Shown in pieces: positions 1 to 13,129 of a stretch of 64,000 bases of DNA. A program made the position numbers and the translations under genes. Origin of the DNA: Mobula hypostoma (lineage: Eukaryota); NCBI RefSeq assembly GCF_963921235.1, contig NC_086101.1, positions 5,334,001-5,398,000 of the forward strand. Direction: 5' to 3'. The notes under the pieces are model-generated. The model searched no databases and had not been told where the DNA came from. It worked only from the letters and a program-made list of their open reading frames with translations. The first letter of the stretch is position 1; each line of letters opens with the position of its first letter.

Positions 1-354
1 CCCTTGTATTTAAAACTCATCTTACCAAAGTTTCAAACTTATTCTATAAAACACAAACATACACATAAACAAGTATGCTACTCTGGCACCCTGAACGGTC
101 AGTAACCACCTATTGCAACTGGTGGCCGTTTCAGCAAGCCATATAAAACTGTCTTATAACCAGTCTCTTACACAAGCATGCATGCAAAGTCACCTGCACC
201 ACACTTTTATATCTACAGTTCAGCTCTCCCCTGTGTTCTTTGTTGTTTTGTGATCATTAATCTGAATATCTAAGTGTGGGTGCTACTCTTAAATATAATT
301 ACCCCTCCCCTTTATATTGCTTAAATCATTGGTCACACAGTGGGTCACGAACAT

Positions 355-372
355 ATCCCGGATGAGCCCCTA
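355..372 (-). mobile_element. Retroviral primer-binding site (tRNA-Pro type) of an ERV whose internal region runs off the left edge
   Basis: Minus strand reads TAGGGGCTCATCCGGGAT, 16/18 identical to the tRNA-Pro PBS TGGGGGCTCGTCCGGGAT, 5 nt after an LTR-like ...CA end at 378. Confidence 0.7.
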
Positions 373-377
373 AATTT

Positions 378-980
378 TGTGACTGTAATCAAAGTCACTG
401 GAGAAGCACTAAAGATGGTGATATAGAAGTCTTTATTTGTTACACGAAGCAGGCATCATTCTGGGAGCACTCTTGGTGGAGGTTCACAAACTTAAAATAC
501 ATCACATTTTTATACCTTTAAAATCAATGGTAGGAGAAGGTGATTCAATACGATTGCAGTAGTTACAATGACATCATTTGCTTCAATACTTTGAGTTGAC
601 AGTGCTTCCTTTGAATGAAATATCGACAGTGGGAGACACCTCTGAAAATGTTCAGATACTGGGACACTTCCCAGAACTTACACAATAGCACATAGTTGAT
701 GCAGGGCCTTTAGCATAAGCCTGTTGTTTTAATGCAACTTACGGTTTATGGACTCTTCCATTAATGGCATAAAAAAAGATTGGGAACCCCCCCCGTCTTA
801 ACGTATGGCTGATGCATATTCAATTTCTTTCTCTGCAGAGCGGCCTGTACTTGTAACTTCAATTTACTGCTTGCAATCTTCACAAAATGATACTGAAGGC
901 TTATTGTAAGCTTCCTGAACTTATTTACATTTACGATCATAGCTTAAGACTGGATCTTGTTTGGATTAATATCTGCTATA
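378..980 (-). mobile_element. Putative ERV 5' LTR (far boundary approximate)
   Basis: Minus strand shows TATAAAA (508-514), AATAAA (432-437), a CA terminus (378-379) and then the PBS, which is the expected U3-R-U5-PBS order. Confidence 0.5.
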
Positions 981-989
981 GAACAGAGA

Positions 990-1500
990 ACATAGAAATC
1001 TACAGCACATTACAAGCCCTTCGGCCCACAACGTTGTGCTGACCATGTAACCTACTCTAGAAGCTGCCTAGAATTTCCCAAGCACATAACCTTCTATTTT
1101 TCTAACCTTCTATTTTTCTAAGCTCTAAGAGTCTCTTTAAAGACCCTATTGTATCCGCTTCCACCACCACCACTGGCAGTCCATTCCATGCAGCCACCAC
1201 TCTGTGTGTGAAAAACATACCCTGACATTTCCTCGGTACCCATTTCCAAGCACCTTAAAACTATGCACCTTCGTGTTAGCCATTTTACCCCTGGGAAAAA
1301 GCCTCTGGCTATCCACACGATCAATGCCTCTCATCATCTATCGGGTCACCTCTCATCCTCTGTCACTCCTAAGAGAAAAGACCAAGTTCACTCAACCTAT
1401 TCTCATAAGGTACTCCCTCCAATCCAGGCAACAACCCTGTAAATCTCCTCTGCATTCTCTCTACGGTATCCACATCCTTCCTGTAGTGAGGTGAGCAGAA
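990..1500 (-). mobile_element. Decayed CR1 LINE 3' fragment
   Basis: Resembles the reverse complement of CR1 3' ends elsewhere in the window (ACATAGAAA tail, GGCCCTTCGGCCC-type hairpin region, end of ORF2). Confidence 0.6.
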
Positions 1501-1566
1501 CTGATTCTCATAACTCCAGAATACTTCCAAACAATGTCGACCTTTTAACCTATGCTAACTAATTCT

Positions 1567-1977
1567 CTTCTCCATGGATTGTCACCTTGTCGTGGTGGAG
1601 AAGCTTGTGTGGTCCTGTGATCCCAAGAGCTGTGCTCCTGGTAGGGTCACCCATGGTGGTAAGGTCGAGGGTGAGGTCCCTGACAAAGAACAATCCAACC
1701 AAGACCTCAACGGTGAAACAGGCGGACAAAATTACTTTGAATTCAACGGCTGTGAAGGTGGATGAAGGCTGCAACAAATCCATCTGCTTCAATCGTCATG
1801 GTTTCCATGTCACTGGAATCAGTTGGTTGATTTGTGAAGTATCGTGTGCTTCTTGGAGTGCAACATCAAGTACACATTAAACAAATACACGCACAGGTGT
1901 CTTCGCTCAGTGGGCCTCTTCTTCAGAATGAAGACCATCATTCTCGACCTCGAGAGATAGCCACGATGACGACAATG
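1567..1977 (+). mobile_element. Short non-autonomous RTE (Expander/Rex3-like) derivative
   Basis: Begins with an RTE-type 5' sequence (GTCACCTTGTCGTGGTGGAG...CCTGGTAGGGTCACCCATGG), ends in a GATGACGAC tail, and is flanked by a perfect 10-bp target-site duplication AACTAATTCT (1557-1566 and 1978-1987). Confidence 0.6.
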
Positions 1978-2352
1978 AACTAATTCTAACTACTCTAACC
2001 TACTCGTAAGACCAATATAACCCTGTCCTTCAACATAGGCCTCCATTTTTCTATCATCCATGTGCTTAGCTAGGAGTCTCCTCGATGGCCCTAATGTATC
2101 TGCCTCTACCACGCGTTCCAAGCAGCCACCAGTCTCTCTGTAAGGAGCTTAGCTTTGACATTCCCCTGCCCATACTTCTCCCCAGTCACCTTAAAATGAC
2201 GCCCCTTCGCATTTTCTATTTCTGCCCTGGGGAAAACGTCATTCCCATCGTCTCCGGGTTTTGTCCACATCGCTCATTTTCCCCGTAGGTCAGTATCCCG
2301 AGGCTGCTCTCTCACATTTGGTCTGGCAGTCCACATGACTGATGGCCATAAA

Positions 2353-3042
2353 GGCTGATTTATACTTGTGCGTGAAATGTACGCCGTGGTGGCGCACCCT
2401 ACGCCGTAGCCTAACGCGCAACTCTCCCAAAATGTAACTACGCGTCGCAGCGACGCAGTCCGAACAACTGTGATTGGTCCGCTTGGTAGCATCGCATTTC
2501 CTCCTGCGCTGCAATAGCTTCCCATTGGGCGACTGAAGGGCAGGGAAGGAACTCTGGCTGAAATGCTTTCCGTAAAGCTTTACAGACCTCCGAAATTATG
2601 GAGGACCCTGTGCTTGACGCCAGTTTGTAGCTAGCTGCTACAGCCTGTTGACTTCCACCTGAAGCTAAAACTCGAATGGCGATTGCCAGTCTCTGAGTAT
2701 ACCGTGCGTACACTGCTCCGAAATAAACGGTTGCAGACGATGAACCAAATTGTCAAATCTACCTGCCGACATCCGAAAATATTTGAAATGCATTTCTTCG
2801 TCCATGTCTCTCAGTGGCCGGACAAGCACAGAAAATTCACCCTCCTTCAGTTTCAGTCACCATTGTTTGCAGTTTGAGTTTCTTCGTGTTGAGTTTCAAC
2901 ACAGTGGCATAGAAACCCCACCGCCAGCTAGCGTCTTGGCGGTGAACTGCAGAGAGACGCAGACACACCAACGCTTAAGTATAAATGCTCACAACGGCGT
3001 AGCCCACTAGCGTAGGCTGTTACGCACAAGTATAAAGAAGCG
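2353..3042 (-). mobile_element. Internally deleted PIF/Harbinger DNA transposon
   Basis: Terminal inverted repeats TTTATACTTGTGCGT (2359-2373) and ACGCACAAGTATAAA (3022-3036). ORF 2438-2713(-) carries a Harbinger transposase N-terminal motif ([15 protein letters not shown]...IISEVCKAL). Confidence 0.75.
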
Positions 3043-3544
3043 TCACCCATTGGAGATGATTGAAGGGTTATCGGCGTGCAGGTGCCAGCCCAGATAAAGA
3101 CGCATTACCTTAAAACTAGGGACCGCAGCTTGGCTTGTTTTACACCCAACCGGCCTAGCTGCAGGTTTGATTGAGCCTTGCCCCCCCCCCCGCAAAGGTG
3201 TGTGGAGGGGCTGGAGTCACGACCCTCGGCGAGAGTCTTGGCGGTGGCGTGGGTCGAGTGTTAGGCTCGGCATCGCTCTCGGGCGTGAATGGACTTGCTG
3301 TGTCTGGAGCTGTGTAATTGGCTGAAGTTAAAGTCAGCAAGATTTCTTCAGCTTTAATAAATCATTGTGGATAGTTTATATCCACGGATAAAGCAGCTCG
3401 CTTTAACCCGGTGTCCAGTTACTCGATTCTCTCTCCTGATCCTACAGGAACGGGTCAGCGAGTGCCGATTGACGATCTGACAACTACAGTGTGACGCCCC
3501 TCAGTACCGCTCCCTCAGCGTGACGCTCCCTCAATGCTCCCTTT

Positions 3545-4600
3545 TTGAACAAAGTTTATTTACACAGAAAACACACGAAGTGCAAACATTAAGTATTTAC
3601 AAGAATGATCAAATTCGAACTAAAATATTATTATTACTGTCTTTAAAACAGTATTTTCCCTGGGGGGCGCACCGCTCCCGGAAATTCCCCACTGTACCCA
3701 TTGTGGCAGCGTTCTCCCTCTCCAAGGTAGGCCGGGCGCGAACGTACCCCGGAAGAGGGGCAGTCAGTCGGCCCTGACGAAGCCCTGAACTGTCCGCCGC
3801 GTAGTCTAGTGAATGGCCATCTTGGCCAGGCACAGGAGCAAGCCCATCAGTAGTTCCTCCCAGTGATCCTCCCCTTTCCGTACTGAGTCCCCGCGGGGAG
3901 CTGAAATTCAACCAGAACCTGAGCAACAGCCCCTTTCAGATACTCAAACAGGGGCTGCTGCCCCTCACACTCCATGTCAGCGTGGTCCGCTGACTCCTCC
4001 CGGTCACGTGTGTGGGGCACGTGGCCAAGTGGTTAAATCGTTCGTCTAGTGATCTGAAGGTCGCTAGTTCGAGCCTCAGCTGTGGCAGCGTGTTTGTGTC
4101 CTTGAGCAAGGCACTTAACCACACATTAGTGTCTGTGTGAGGAGTGGCGCCCCACACAGACTTCCAATCTGCTCCTTGTAAGGCATTAAAATGCCCGACG
4201 TAGGCCTCTCATGGTCTGAGTCGACGTTCCCTCCTCCCTCCCGGCCACTGGATGGACAAGTAGACGGGCTGTCATTCAACCTGCTTAAAATTATGTTGCC
4301 CGTAATGGAACACCTTCCACTTCAGGCCCCTCAATGTACAGGGGAAGAACCCCCGGCATAGAGAGATTTCCAGCGTTGCCGGATGGTAAAACAGATTGCG
4401 AAGGCGAGGCCGGTAGGTAGACGAAGGTAAGGAAGTGAAAGGTGTGCAGGAACAACCCGCACGAAAGGGCACGGCCGGCATCCCCGAGAGACGGCTTGGT
4501 ATCTCCAGATCTGGGTCCGACGGGCAATTCCGTCCGATCGGCTGCTGGTGCGGCCGGAACCCCTCCACTTCCCCGAGCCCCCTCCCACACTGCGACGCTC
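3545..4600 (-). mobile_element. Decayed L1/Tx1-clade LINE 3' fragment interrupted by a SINE
   Basis: Minus-strand remnants such as VGNFRERCAPQG and GVLPLYIE resemble Tx1 ORF2 C-termini; A-rich 3' end near 3545-3600. Confidence 0.5.
4015..4235 (+). mobile_element. tRNA-derived SINE
   Basis: Pol III A box GTGGCCAAGTGG and B box GTTCGAGCCT; approximate flanking duplication CTCCCGG(T/C)CAC; a related copy lies on the minus strand at about 44900-45200. Confidence 0.65.
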
Positions 4601-6000
4601 AGTACCATAAGTCCATAGGGCGTCGGAGCAGAATCAGGCTATTCGGCACATCGAGTCTGATCCTGGATTCCACCCCTGTTCCATGCACTCACAATATCCT
4701 TTGTTGCCCTGACCAATCAGGAAACTATCAACTTCCGCCTTAAATAAACCCAGGACATGACCACGCTACAGTCTGTGGCAGAGTATTCCACAGTTTCACC
4801 ACACTCTGGCTAAAAAAAACCTTCTTAACTCTGTTCTAAAAGGTTTGTCAGGCAAGAGTTCCCTTCACAGAAACCATGGAGACCTTGACTTATTTTATCA
4901 CTAGTTTCCAATAACCCAAAACCTCATCCTTCATAATAGACTCCTACACTTTCCCGGCCACTGAGGTTATGCTAACTGGCCTTTAATTCCCTTTCTTTTG
5001 CCTTCTTCCCTTGTTAAAGACTGGAGTGATATTTGCAATCTTCCAGTCCTCCAAAACCAGGCCAGAATCAAGTGATTCCTGAAAGCTTATGACCAATGCA
5101 TCTGCTATCTCTTCAGCAACCTCCCCCAGGACTCTGGGATGTAATCCACCAGGCCCAGGTAACATACGCTTTGAGGTCTTTGAGCTTGCCTTGCACTTTT
5201 CCCCTTGTAATAACAATGGCACTCACTCTTGGACACTCACGGACCTCTGGCACAGTGCTAGTAAAGTACCAATTAAGTTCATCTGCAAATCTTTTTCCCT
5301 CATTACAACCTCTCCTGCATCATTTTCTAGTGGTCCAATATTAACTCTCTCTTCCCTTTTATTCTTCATATAACTGGAAAACTTTTGGTATCCTGCTTTA
5401 TATCATTGGCTAGTCTGCCCTCATATTTAGCTTTTTCCCTTCTTATAGTTTTTTTATTTGCCTTTTGTTGGATTTTAAAAGCTTCCCAAACATCCAACTT
5501 CCCACTACTTTTGCTACCTTATATGCCCTTTCCTTGGCTTTTATGAATTCCTTAACTTTCCTTGTCAGCCACGATTGCCTACCCCTGCAATTTGAGATTT
5601 TTTCCTCTGTGGGACATATCTATTCCGCACCTTGTGAACTATTCCCAGAAACTTCAGCCATCTCTGCTTTGCCGTCATCCTCACCAGTATCCTCCACCTG
5701 GGCAAGCTCCTCTCTCATGCCTCTGTAATTCCCTTTACTCCATTGCCATAGAGATAAATGTGAGTTATGCCTCTCCCTATCAAGTTGTAGTATGAATTAA
5801 ATCATTGTCTCCTAAGGGTTCCTTTACATTAAGCTCCCTAACAAGAACTGGGTTATTACACAACACCCCATCTAAGACAGCCTTTCCCCGAGTAGGCTCA
5901 AGCAGAAGCTGCTCTAAAAAGTCTTCTCGTAGGTGTTCAACAAATTCCTTCTCTTGCCATCCGACACCGAACTGATTTTTCCAATACCCTTGCATATTGA

Positions 6001-9000
6001 GGAGGTTAGTTCACAACAGAGGGATGGGAACCAGTGCAGAGAGACAGAGGGGTGTAAAGTGAGCGTAGAAGCAAAAAGTACAAAGGGGAAAAGTAAAAGT
6101 GGCAGGCCAACAAATCCAGGGCAAGCATTAAAAAGGGCTAAGAGAGTTGTAAAAGAGTGCCTGAAGGCTTTATGTGTCAATGCAAGGAGCATTCGTAATA
6201 AGGTGGATGAATTGAAAGTGCAGATTGTTATTAATGATTATGATATAGTTGGGATCACAGAGACATGGCTCCAGGGTGACCAGGGATGGGAGCTCAACGT
6301 TCAGGGATATTCAATATTCAGGAGGGATAGACATGAAGGAAGGGGAGGTGGGGTGGTGTTGCTGGTTAAAAAAGAGATTAACGCAATAGGAAGGAAGGAC
6401 ATAAGCCGGGAAGATGTGGAATCGATATGGGTAGAGCTGCGTAACAGTAAGGGGCAGAAGACGCTGGTGGGAGTTGTGTACAGGCCACCTAACAGTAGTA
6501 GTGAGGTCGGAGATGGTATTAAACAGGAAATTAGAAATGTGTGCAATAAAGGAACAGCAGTTATAATGGGTGACTTCAATCTACATGTAGACTGGGTGAA
6601 CCAAATTGGTAAAGGTGCTGAGGAAGAGGATTTCTTGGAATGTATGCGGGATGGTTTTTTGAACCAACATGTCGAGGAACCGACTAGAGAGCAGGCTATT
6701 CTGGACTGGGTTTTGAGCAATGAGGAAGGGTTAATTAGCGATCTTGTTGTGAGAGGCCCCTTGGGTAAGAGTGACCATAATATGGTGGAATTCTTCATTA
6801 ACATGGAGAGTGACGTAGTTAATTCGGAAACAAAGGTTCTGAACTTAAAGAGGGGTAACTTTGAAGGTATGAGTCGTGAATTAGCTAAGATAGACTGGCA
6901 AATGACACTTCAAGGATTGACGGTGGATATGCAATGGCAGGCATTTAAAGGTTGCATGGATGAACTACAACAATTGTTCATCCCAGTTTGGCAAAAGAAT
7001 AAATCAAGGAAGGTAGTGCACCCGTGGCTGACAAGAGAAATTAGGGATAGTATCAATTCCAAAGAAGTAGCATACAAATTAGCCAGAGAAAGTGGCTCAC
7101 CTGAGGACTGGGAGAAATTCAGAGTTCAGCAGAGGAGGACAAAGGGCTTAATTAGGAAGGGGAAAAAAGATTATGAGAGAAAACTGGCAGAGAACATAAA
7201 AACGGACTGTAAAAGCTTTTATAGATATGTAAAAAGGAAAAGACTGATAAAGACAAATGTAGGTCCCCTGCAAACAGAAACAGGTGAATTGATTATGGGG
7301 AGCAAGGACATGGCAGACCAATTGAATAATTACTTTGGTTCTGTCTTCACTAAGGAGGACATAAATAATCTTCCAGAAATAGTAAGGGACAGAGGGTCCA
7401 GTGAGATGGAGGAACTGAGCGAAATACATGTTAGTAGGGAAGTGGTGTTAGGTAAATTGAAGGGATTGAAGGCAGATAAATCCCCAGGGCCAGATGGTCT
7501 GCATCCCAGAGTGCTTAAGGAAGTAGCCCAAGAAATAGTGGATGCATTAGTGATAATTTTTCAAAACTCGTTAGATTCTGGACTAGTTCCTGAGGATTGG
7601 AGGGTGGCTAATGTAACCCCACTTTTTAAAAAAGGAGGGAGAGAGAAACCGGGGAATTATAGGCCGGTTAGCCTAACGTCGGTGGTGGGGAAACTGCTGG
7701 AGTCAGTTATCAAGGATGTGATAACAGCACATTTGGAAAGCGGTGAAATGATTGGACAAAGTCAGCATGGATTTGTGAAAGGAAAATCATGTCTGACGAA
7801 TCTCATAGAATTTTTTGAGGATGTAACTAGTAGAGTGGATAGGGGAGAACCAGTGGATGTGGTATATCTGGATTTTCAAAAGGCTTTTGACAAGGTCCCA
7901 CACAAGAGATTAGTGTGCAAACTTAAAGCACACGGTATTGGGGGTAAGGTATTGGTGTGGGTGGAGAATTGGTTAGCAGACAGGAAGCAAAGAGTGGGAA
8001 TAAACGGGACCTTTTCAGAATGGCAGGCGGTGACTAGTGGGGTACCGCAAGGCTCAGTGCTGGGACCCCAGTTGTTTACAATATATATTAATGACTTGGA
8101 TGAGGGAATTAAATGCAGCATCTCCAAGTTTGCGGATGACACGAAGCTGGGTGGCAGTGTTAGCAGTGAGGAGGATGCTAAGAGGATGCAGGGTGACTTG
8201 GATAGGTTGGGTGAGTGGGCAAACTCATGGCAGATGCAATTTAATGTGGATAAATGTGAAGTTATCCACTTTGGTGGCAAAAATAGGAAAACAGATTATT
8301 ATCTGAATGGTGGCCGATTAAGAAAAGGGGAGGTGCAACGAGACCTGGGTGTCATTATACACCAGTCATTGAAAGTGGGCATGCAGGTACAGCAGGCGGT
8401 GAAAAAGGCGAACGGTATGCTGGCATTTATAGCGAGAGGATTCGAGTACAGGAGCAGGGAGGTACTACTGCAGTTGTACAAGGCCTTGGTGAGACCACAC
8501 CTGGAGTATTGTGTGCAGTTTTGGTCCCCTAATCTGAGGAAAGACATCTTTGCCATAGAGGGAGTACAAAGAAGGTTCACCAGATTGATTCCTGGGATGG
8601 CAGGTCTTTCATATGAAGAAAGACTGGATGAACTGGGCTTGTACTCGTTGGAATTTAGAAGATTGAGAGGGGATCTGATTGAAACGTATAAGATCCTAAA
8701 GGGATTGGACAGGCTAGATGCGGGAAGATTGTTCCCGATGTTGGGGAGGTCCAGAACGAGGGGTCACAGTTTGAGGATAAAGGGGAAGCCTTTTAGGACC
8801 GAGATTAGGAAAAACTTCTTCACACAGAGAGTGGTGAATCTGTGGAATTCTCTGCCACAGCAAACTGTTGAGGCCAGTTCATTAGCTATGTTTAAAAGGA
8901 AGTTAGATATGGCCCTTGTGGCTACAGGGGTCATGGGGTATGGAGGGAAGGCTGGGTTCTGAGTTGGATGATCAGCCATGATCATAATAAATGGCGGTGC

Positions 9001-9058
9001 AGGCTCGAAGGGCCGAATGGCCTACTCCTGCACCTATTTTCTATGTTTCTATGTTTCT
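6001..9058 (+). mobile_element. Young CR1 LINE, 5'-truncated, with an intact ORF2 (AP endonuclease plus reverse transcriptase)
   Basis: Uninterrupted ORF to the stop at 8962 with NARS, ETW, YRPP, GDFN, SDH, QHGF, YLDFQKAFDKV, GVPQGSVLGP and FADD motifs. (TTTCTATG)n tail; TSD ATATTGA at 5994-6000 and 9059-9065. Confidence 0.95.
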
Positions 9059-9077
9059 ATATTGAAGTCCCCCATTA

Positions 9078-12038
9078 AAAAGGGCCACTTTTCAACATAA
9101 TTGTATAAGGGCTAAGAGAGTTGTAAAAGCGCACCTGAAGGCTTTGTGTGTCAATGCAAGGAGCATTCGTAATAAGGTGGATGAATTGAAAGTGCAGATT
9201 GTTATTAATGATTATGATATAGTTGGGATCACAGAGACATGGTTCCAGGGTGACCAAGGATGGGAGCTCAACGTTCAGGGATATTCAATATTCAGGAGGG
9301 ATAGACTTGAAGGAAGGGGAGGTGGGGTGGCGTTGCTGGTTAAAGAAGAGATTAACGCAATAGAAAGGAAGGACATAAGCCGGGAAGATGTGGAATCGAT
9401 ATGGGTAGAGCTGCGTAACACTAAGGGGCAGAAGACGCTGGTGGGAGTTGTGTACAGGCCACTTAACAGTAGTAGTGAGGTCGGAGATGGTATTAAACAG
9501 GAAATTAGAAATGTGTGCAATAAAGGAACAGCAGTTATAATGGGTGACTTCAATCTACATGTAGATTGGGTGAACCAAATTGGTAAAGGTGCTGAGGAAG
9601 AGGATTTCTTGGAATGTATGCGGGATGGTTTTTTGAACCAACATGTCGAGGAACCGACTAGAGAGCTGGCTATTCTGGACTGGGTTTTGAGCAATGAGGA
9701 AGGGTTAATTAGCAATTTTGTCGTGAGAGGCCCCTTGGGTAAGAGTGACCATAATATGGTGGAATTCTTCATTAAGATGGAGAGTGACATAGTTAATTCA
9801 GAAACAAAGGTTCTGAACTTAAAGAGGGTAACTTTGAAGGTATGAGACGTGAATTAGCTAAGATAGACTGGCAAATGACACTTAAAGGATTGACGGTGGA
9901 TATGCAATGGCAAGCATTTAAAGGTTGCATGGATGAACTACAACAATTGTTCATCCCAGTTTGGCAAAAGAATAAATCAAGGAAGGTAGTGCACCCGTGG
10001 CTGACAAGAGAAATTAGGGATAGTATCAATTCCAAAGAAGAAGCATACAAATTAGCCAGAAAAAGTGGCTCATCTGAGGACTGGGAGAAATTCAGAGTTC
10101 AGCAGAGGAGGACAAAGGGCTTAATTAGGAAGGGGAAAAAAGATTATGAGAGAAAACTGGCAGGGAACATAAAAACTGACTGTAAAAGCTTTTATAGATG
10201 TGTAAAAAGGAAAAGACTGGTAAAGACAAATGTAGGTCCCCTACAGACAGAAACAGGTGAATTGATTATGGGGAGCAAGGACATGGCAGACCAATTGAAT
10301 AATTACTTTGGTTCTGTCTTCACTAAGGAGGACATAAATAATCTTCCAGAAATAGTAGGGGACAGAGGGTCCAGTGAGATGGAGGAACTGAGCGAAATAC
10401 ATGTTAGTAGGGAAGTGGTGTTAGGTAAATTGAAGGGATTGAAGGCAGATAAATCCCCAGGGCCAGATGGTCTGCATCCTAGAGTGCTTAAGGAAGTAGC
10501 CCAAGAAATAGTGGATGCATTAGTGATAATTTTTCAAAACTCGTTAGATTCTGGACTAGTTCCTGAGGATTGGAGGGTGGCTAATGTAACCTCACTTTTT
10601 AAAAAAGGAGGGAGAGAGAAACCGGGGAATTATAGACCAGTTAGCCTAACATCGGTGGTGGGGAAACTGCTGGAGTCAGTTATCAAAGATGTGATAACAG
10701 CACATTTGGAAAGCAGTGAAATGATCAGACAAAGTCAGCATGGATTTGTGAAAGGAAAATCATGTCTGACGAATCTCATAGAATTTTTTGAGGATGTAAC
10801 TAGTAGAGTGGATAGGGGAGAACCAGTGGATGTGGTATATTTGGATTTTCAAAAGGCTTTTGACAAGGTCCCACACAGGAGATTAGTGTGCAAACTTAAA
10901 GCACACGGTATTGGGGGTAAGGTATTGATGTGGATGGAGAATTGGTTAGCAGACAGGAAGCAAAGAGTGGGAATAAATGGGACCTTTTCAGAATGGCAGG
11001 TGGTGACTAGTGGGGTACCGCAAGGCTCAGTGCTGGACCCCAGTTGTTTACAATATATATTAATGACTTGGATGAGGGAATTAAATGCAGCATCTCCAAA
11101 TTTGCGGATGACACGAAGCTGGGTGGCAGTGTTAGCTGTGAGGAGGATGTTAAGAGGATGCAGAGTGACTTGGATAGGTTGGGTGAGTGGGAAAATTCAT
11201 GGCAGATGCAATTTAATGTGGATAAATGTGAAGTTATCCACTTTGGTGGCAAAAATAAGAAAACAGATTATTATCTGAATGGTGGCCGATTAGGAAAAGG
11301 GGAGGTGCAACGAGACCTGGGTGTCATTATACACCAGTCACTGAAAGTGGGCATGCAGGTACAGCAGGCGGTGAAAAAGGCGAATGGTATGCTGGCATTT
11401 ATAGCGAGAGGATTCGAGTACAGGAGCAGGGAGGTACTACTGCAGTTGTACAAGGCCTTGGTGAGACCACACCTGGAGTATTGTGTGCAGTTTTGGTCCC
11501 CTAATCTGAGGAAAGACATCCTTGCCATACAGGGAGTACAAAGAAGGTTCACCAGATTGATTCCTGGGATGGCAGGACTTTCATATGAAGAAAGACTGGA
11601 TGAACTAGGCTTGTACTCATTGGAATTTAGAAGATTGAGGGGGCATCTGATTGAAACGTATAAAATCCTAAAGGGATTGGACAGGCTAGATGCAGGAAGA
11701 TTGTTCCCGATGTTGGGGAAGTCCAGAACAAGGGGTCACAGTTTGAGGATAAAGGGGAAGCCTTTTAGGACCAAGATTAGGAAAAACTTCTTCACACAGA
11801 GAGTGGTGAATCTGTGGAATTCTCTGCCACAGGAAACAGTTGAGGCCAGTTTATTGGCTATATTTAAGAGGGAGTTAGATATGGCCCTTGTGGCTACAGG
11901 GATCAGGGGGTATGGAGGGAAGGTTGGGGCGGGGTTCTGAGTTGGATGATCAGCCATGATCATAATAAATGGCGGTGCAGGGTCGAAGGGACGAATGGCC
12001 TACTCCTGCACCTATTTTCTATGTTTCCATGTTTCTAT
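9078..12038 (+). mobile_element. Second young CR1 LINE of the same subfamily; ORF2 broken by two frameshifts
   Basis: Near-identical to 6001-9058. ORFs 9144-9845, 9842-11278 and 11044-11940 reflect single-G losses near 9825 and 11035. Same 3' tail; ATTA duplicated at 9074-9077 and 12039-12042. Confidence 0.95.
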
Positions 12039-13129
12039 ATTACAATTGTGTCATTACCCTAACTGCATGCCCTTTTCAGCCCCCTTTGCAATCTCAGCTC
12101 TACTCCTTGGCTACTATTTGGAGGCCTATATGTGATTCCTATAATGGCTTTTTTTCCCTTGCAGTTTCTTAAATCCACTCACAAAGATTCACCATTCTCT
12201 GGCCCTATGTCACCTCTTTCTAAAGATGTAATTCCATCTCTTACCAACAGAGCCACACCTCCGCCTGTGCCTTCCTGCCTGTCCTTTCGATAAAAAGTAT
12301 GTCCTTTGATGTTAAGCTCCCAAGTATGGCCTTCTTTCGCCACGACTCAGTGATGCCCACAACTTCATGCCGACCAATCTTTAATTGCGCGACGAGTTCG
12401 TCCACCTTATTCCTAATAAGCGTATTTAAATACAGCACCTTCAGTCCTGCATTCTTTGACCTTTTGAATTCTGCCTCTACGGTACAATTTAACTCTTTGC
12501 GCTGTCTGCATTTATACCCAATCATTAGCTTGTCCTTTACATTCATGTTACATTCGTCATCTACTCGTTAACCTGCTGGCTCATCCTCAGCTCTGTCATA
12601 CTCGTTCCCACCCCCCTGCCGTATTAGTTTAAATCTCTCGCAAACCTGCTCGCAAGGATATTTGTCCCCCTCGGATTCAAGTACAACCCATCCCTTTTGT
12701 GCAGGTCACATCTGCCCCAGAAGAATTCCCAAATATCCGAAATCTCAATCCCTGACCCCTGTTCTATTTCTTCAGCGGCATTTATCTGCCACCCCAGTCG
12801 ATTCCCATCCTCACTGTCGCATGGCACAGGCAGCAATCCTGAGATGACTACCCTTGAGGTCCTGCTTCTCAGCTTCCTTCCTAACCTTCTGTATTCTGCT
12901 TTCAGGAGCTCCTCCCTTTTTCTACCTATGTCGCTGGCACCACGACTTCTGGTGGCTCACCCCCTCCCTTTTCACGATATTGTGGACACCCTCCGCCCCC
13001 ACAGTGTGTCGATCCATGGTACCGTACAGCCCCCAAAAGTGAGACACTCCCTCAGTACCGCTCACCGCCCCCCCACCCCACCCGACAGTGTGAAGCTCGC
13101 TCAATATGGCCGGTCCCTACTGTGTAACA

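Larger units (their letters stand above)
4606..12930 (-). mobile_element. Old decayed CR1 LINE acting as host, split by two young CR1 insertions; pieces at about 4606-6000, 9066-9077 and 12039-12930
   Basis: Minus-strand fragments PGPGGLHPRVL...DWKIANITP, FLEQLLLEPTRGKAVLD, LYLNT...VGITESW and the ORF1 esterase-like motif DLHKRDGLYLNPRGTNILA. Joining the pieces restores the endonuclease motif IVMGDFN. Confidence 0.75.

Noticed and set aside
3061..3488. Possible solo LTR (TG...CA with AATAAA near 3356)
   Set aside because: No target-site duplication and no second copy in the window.
4015..4090. Possible tRNA gene (also near 22035-22110)
   Set aside because: A and B boxes continue into SINE body sequence and no full cloverleaf is evident; these are SINE heads.
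5933..6000. First residues of the 1009-aa ORF
   Set aside because: They come from the antisense host CR1 upstream of the insertion junction and are not part of ORF2.
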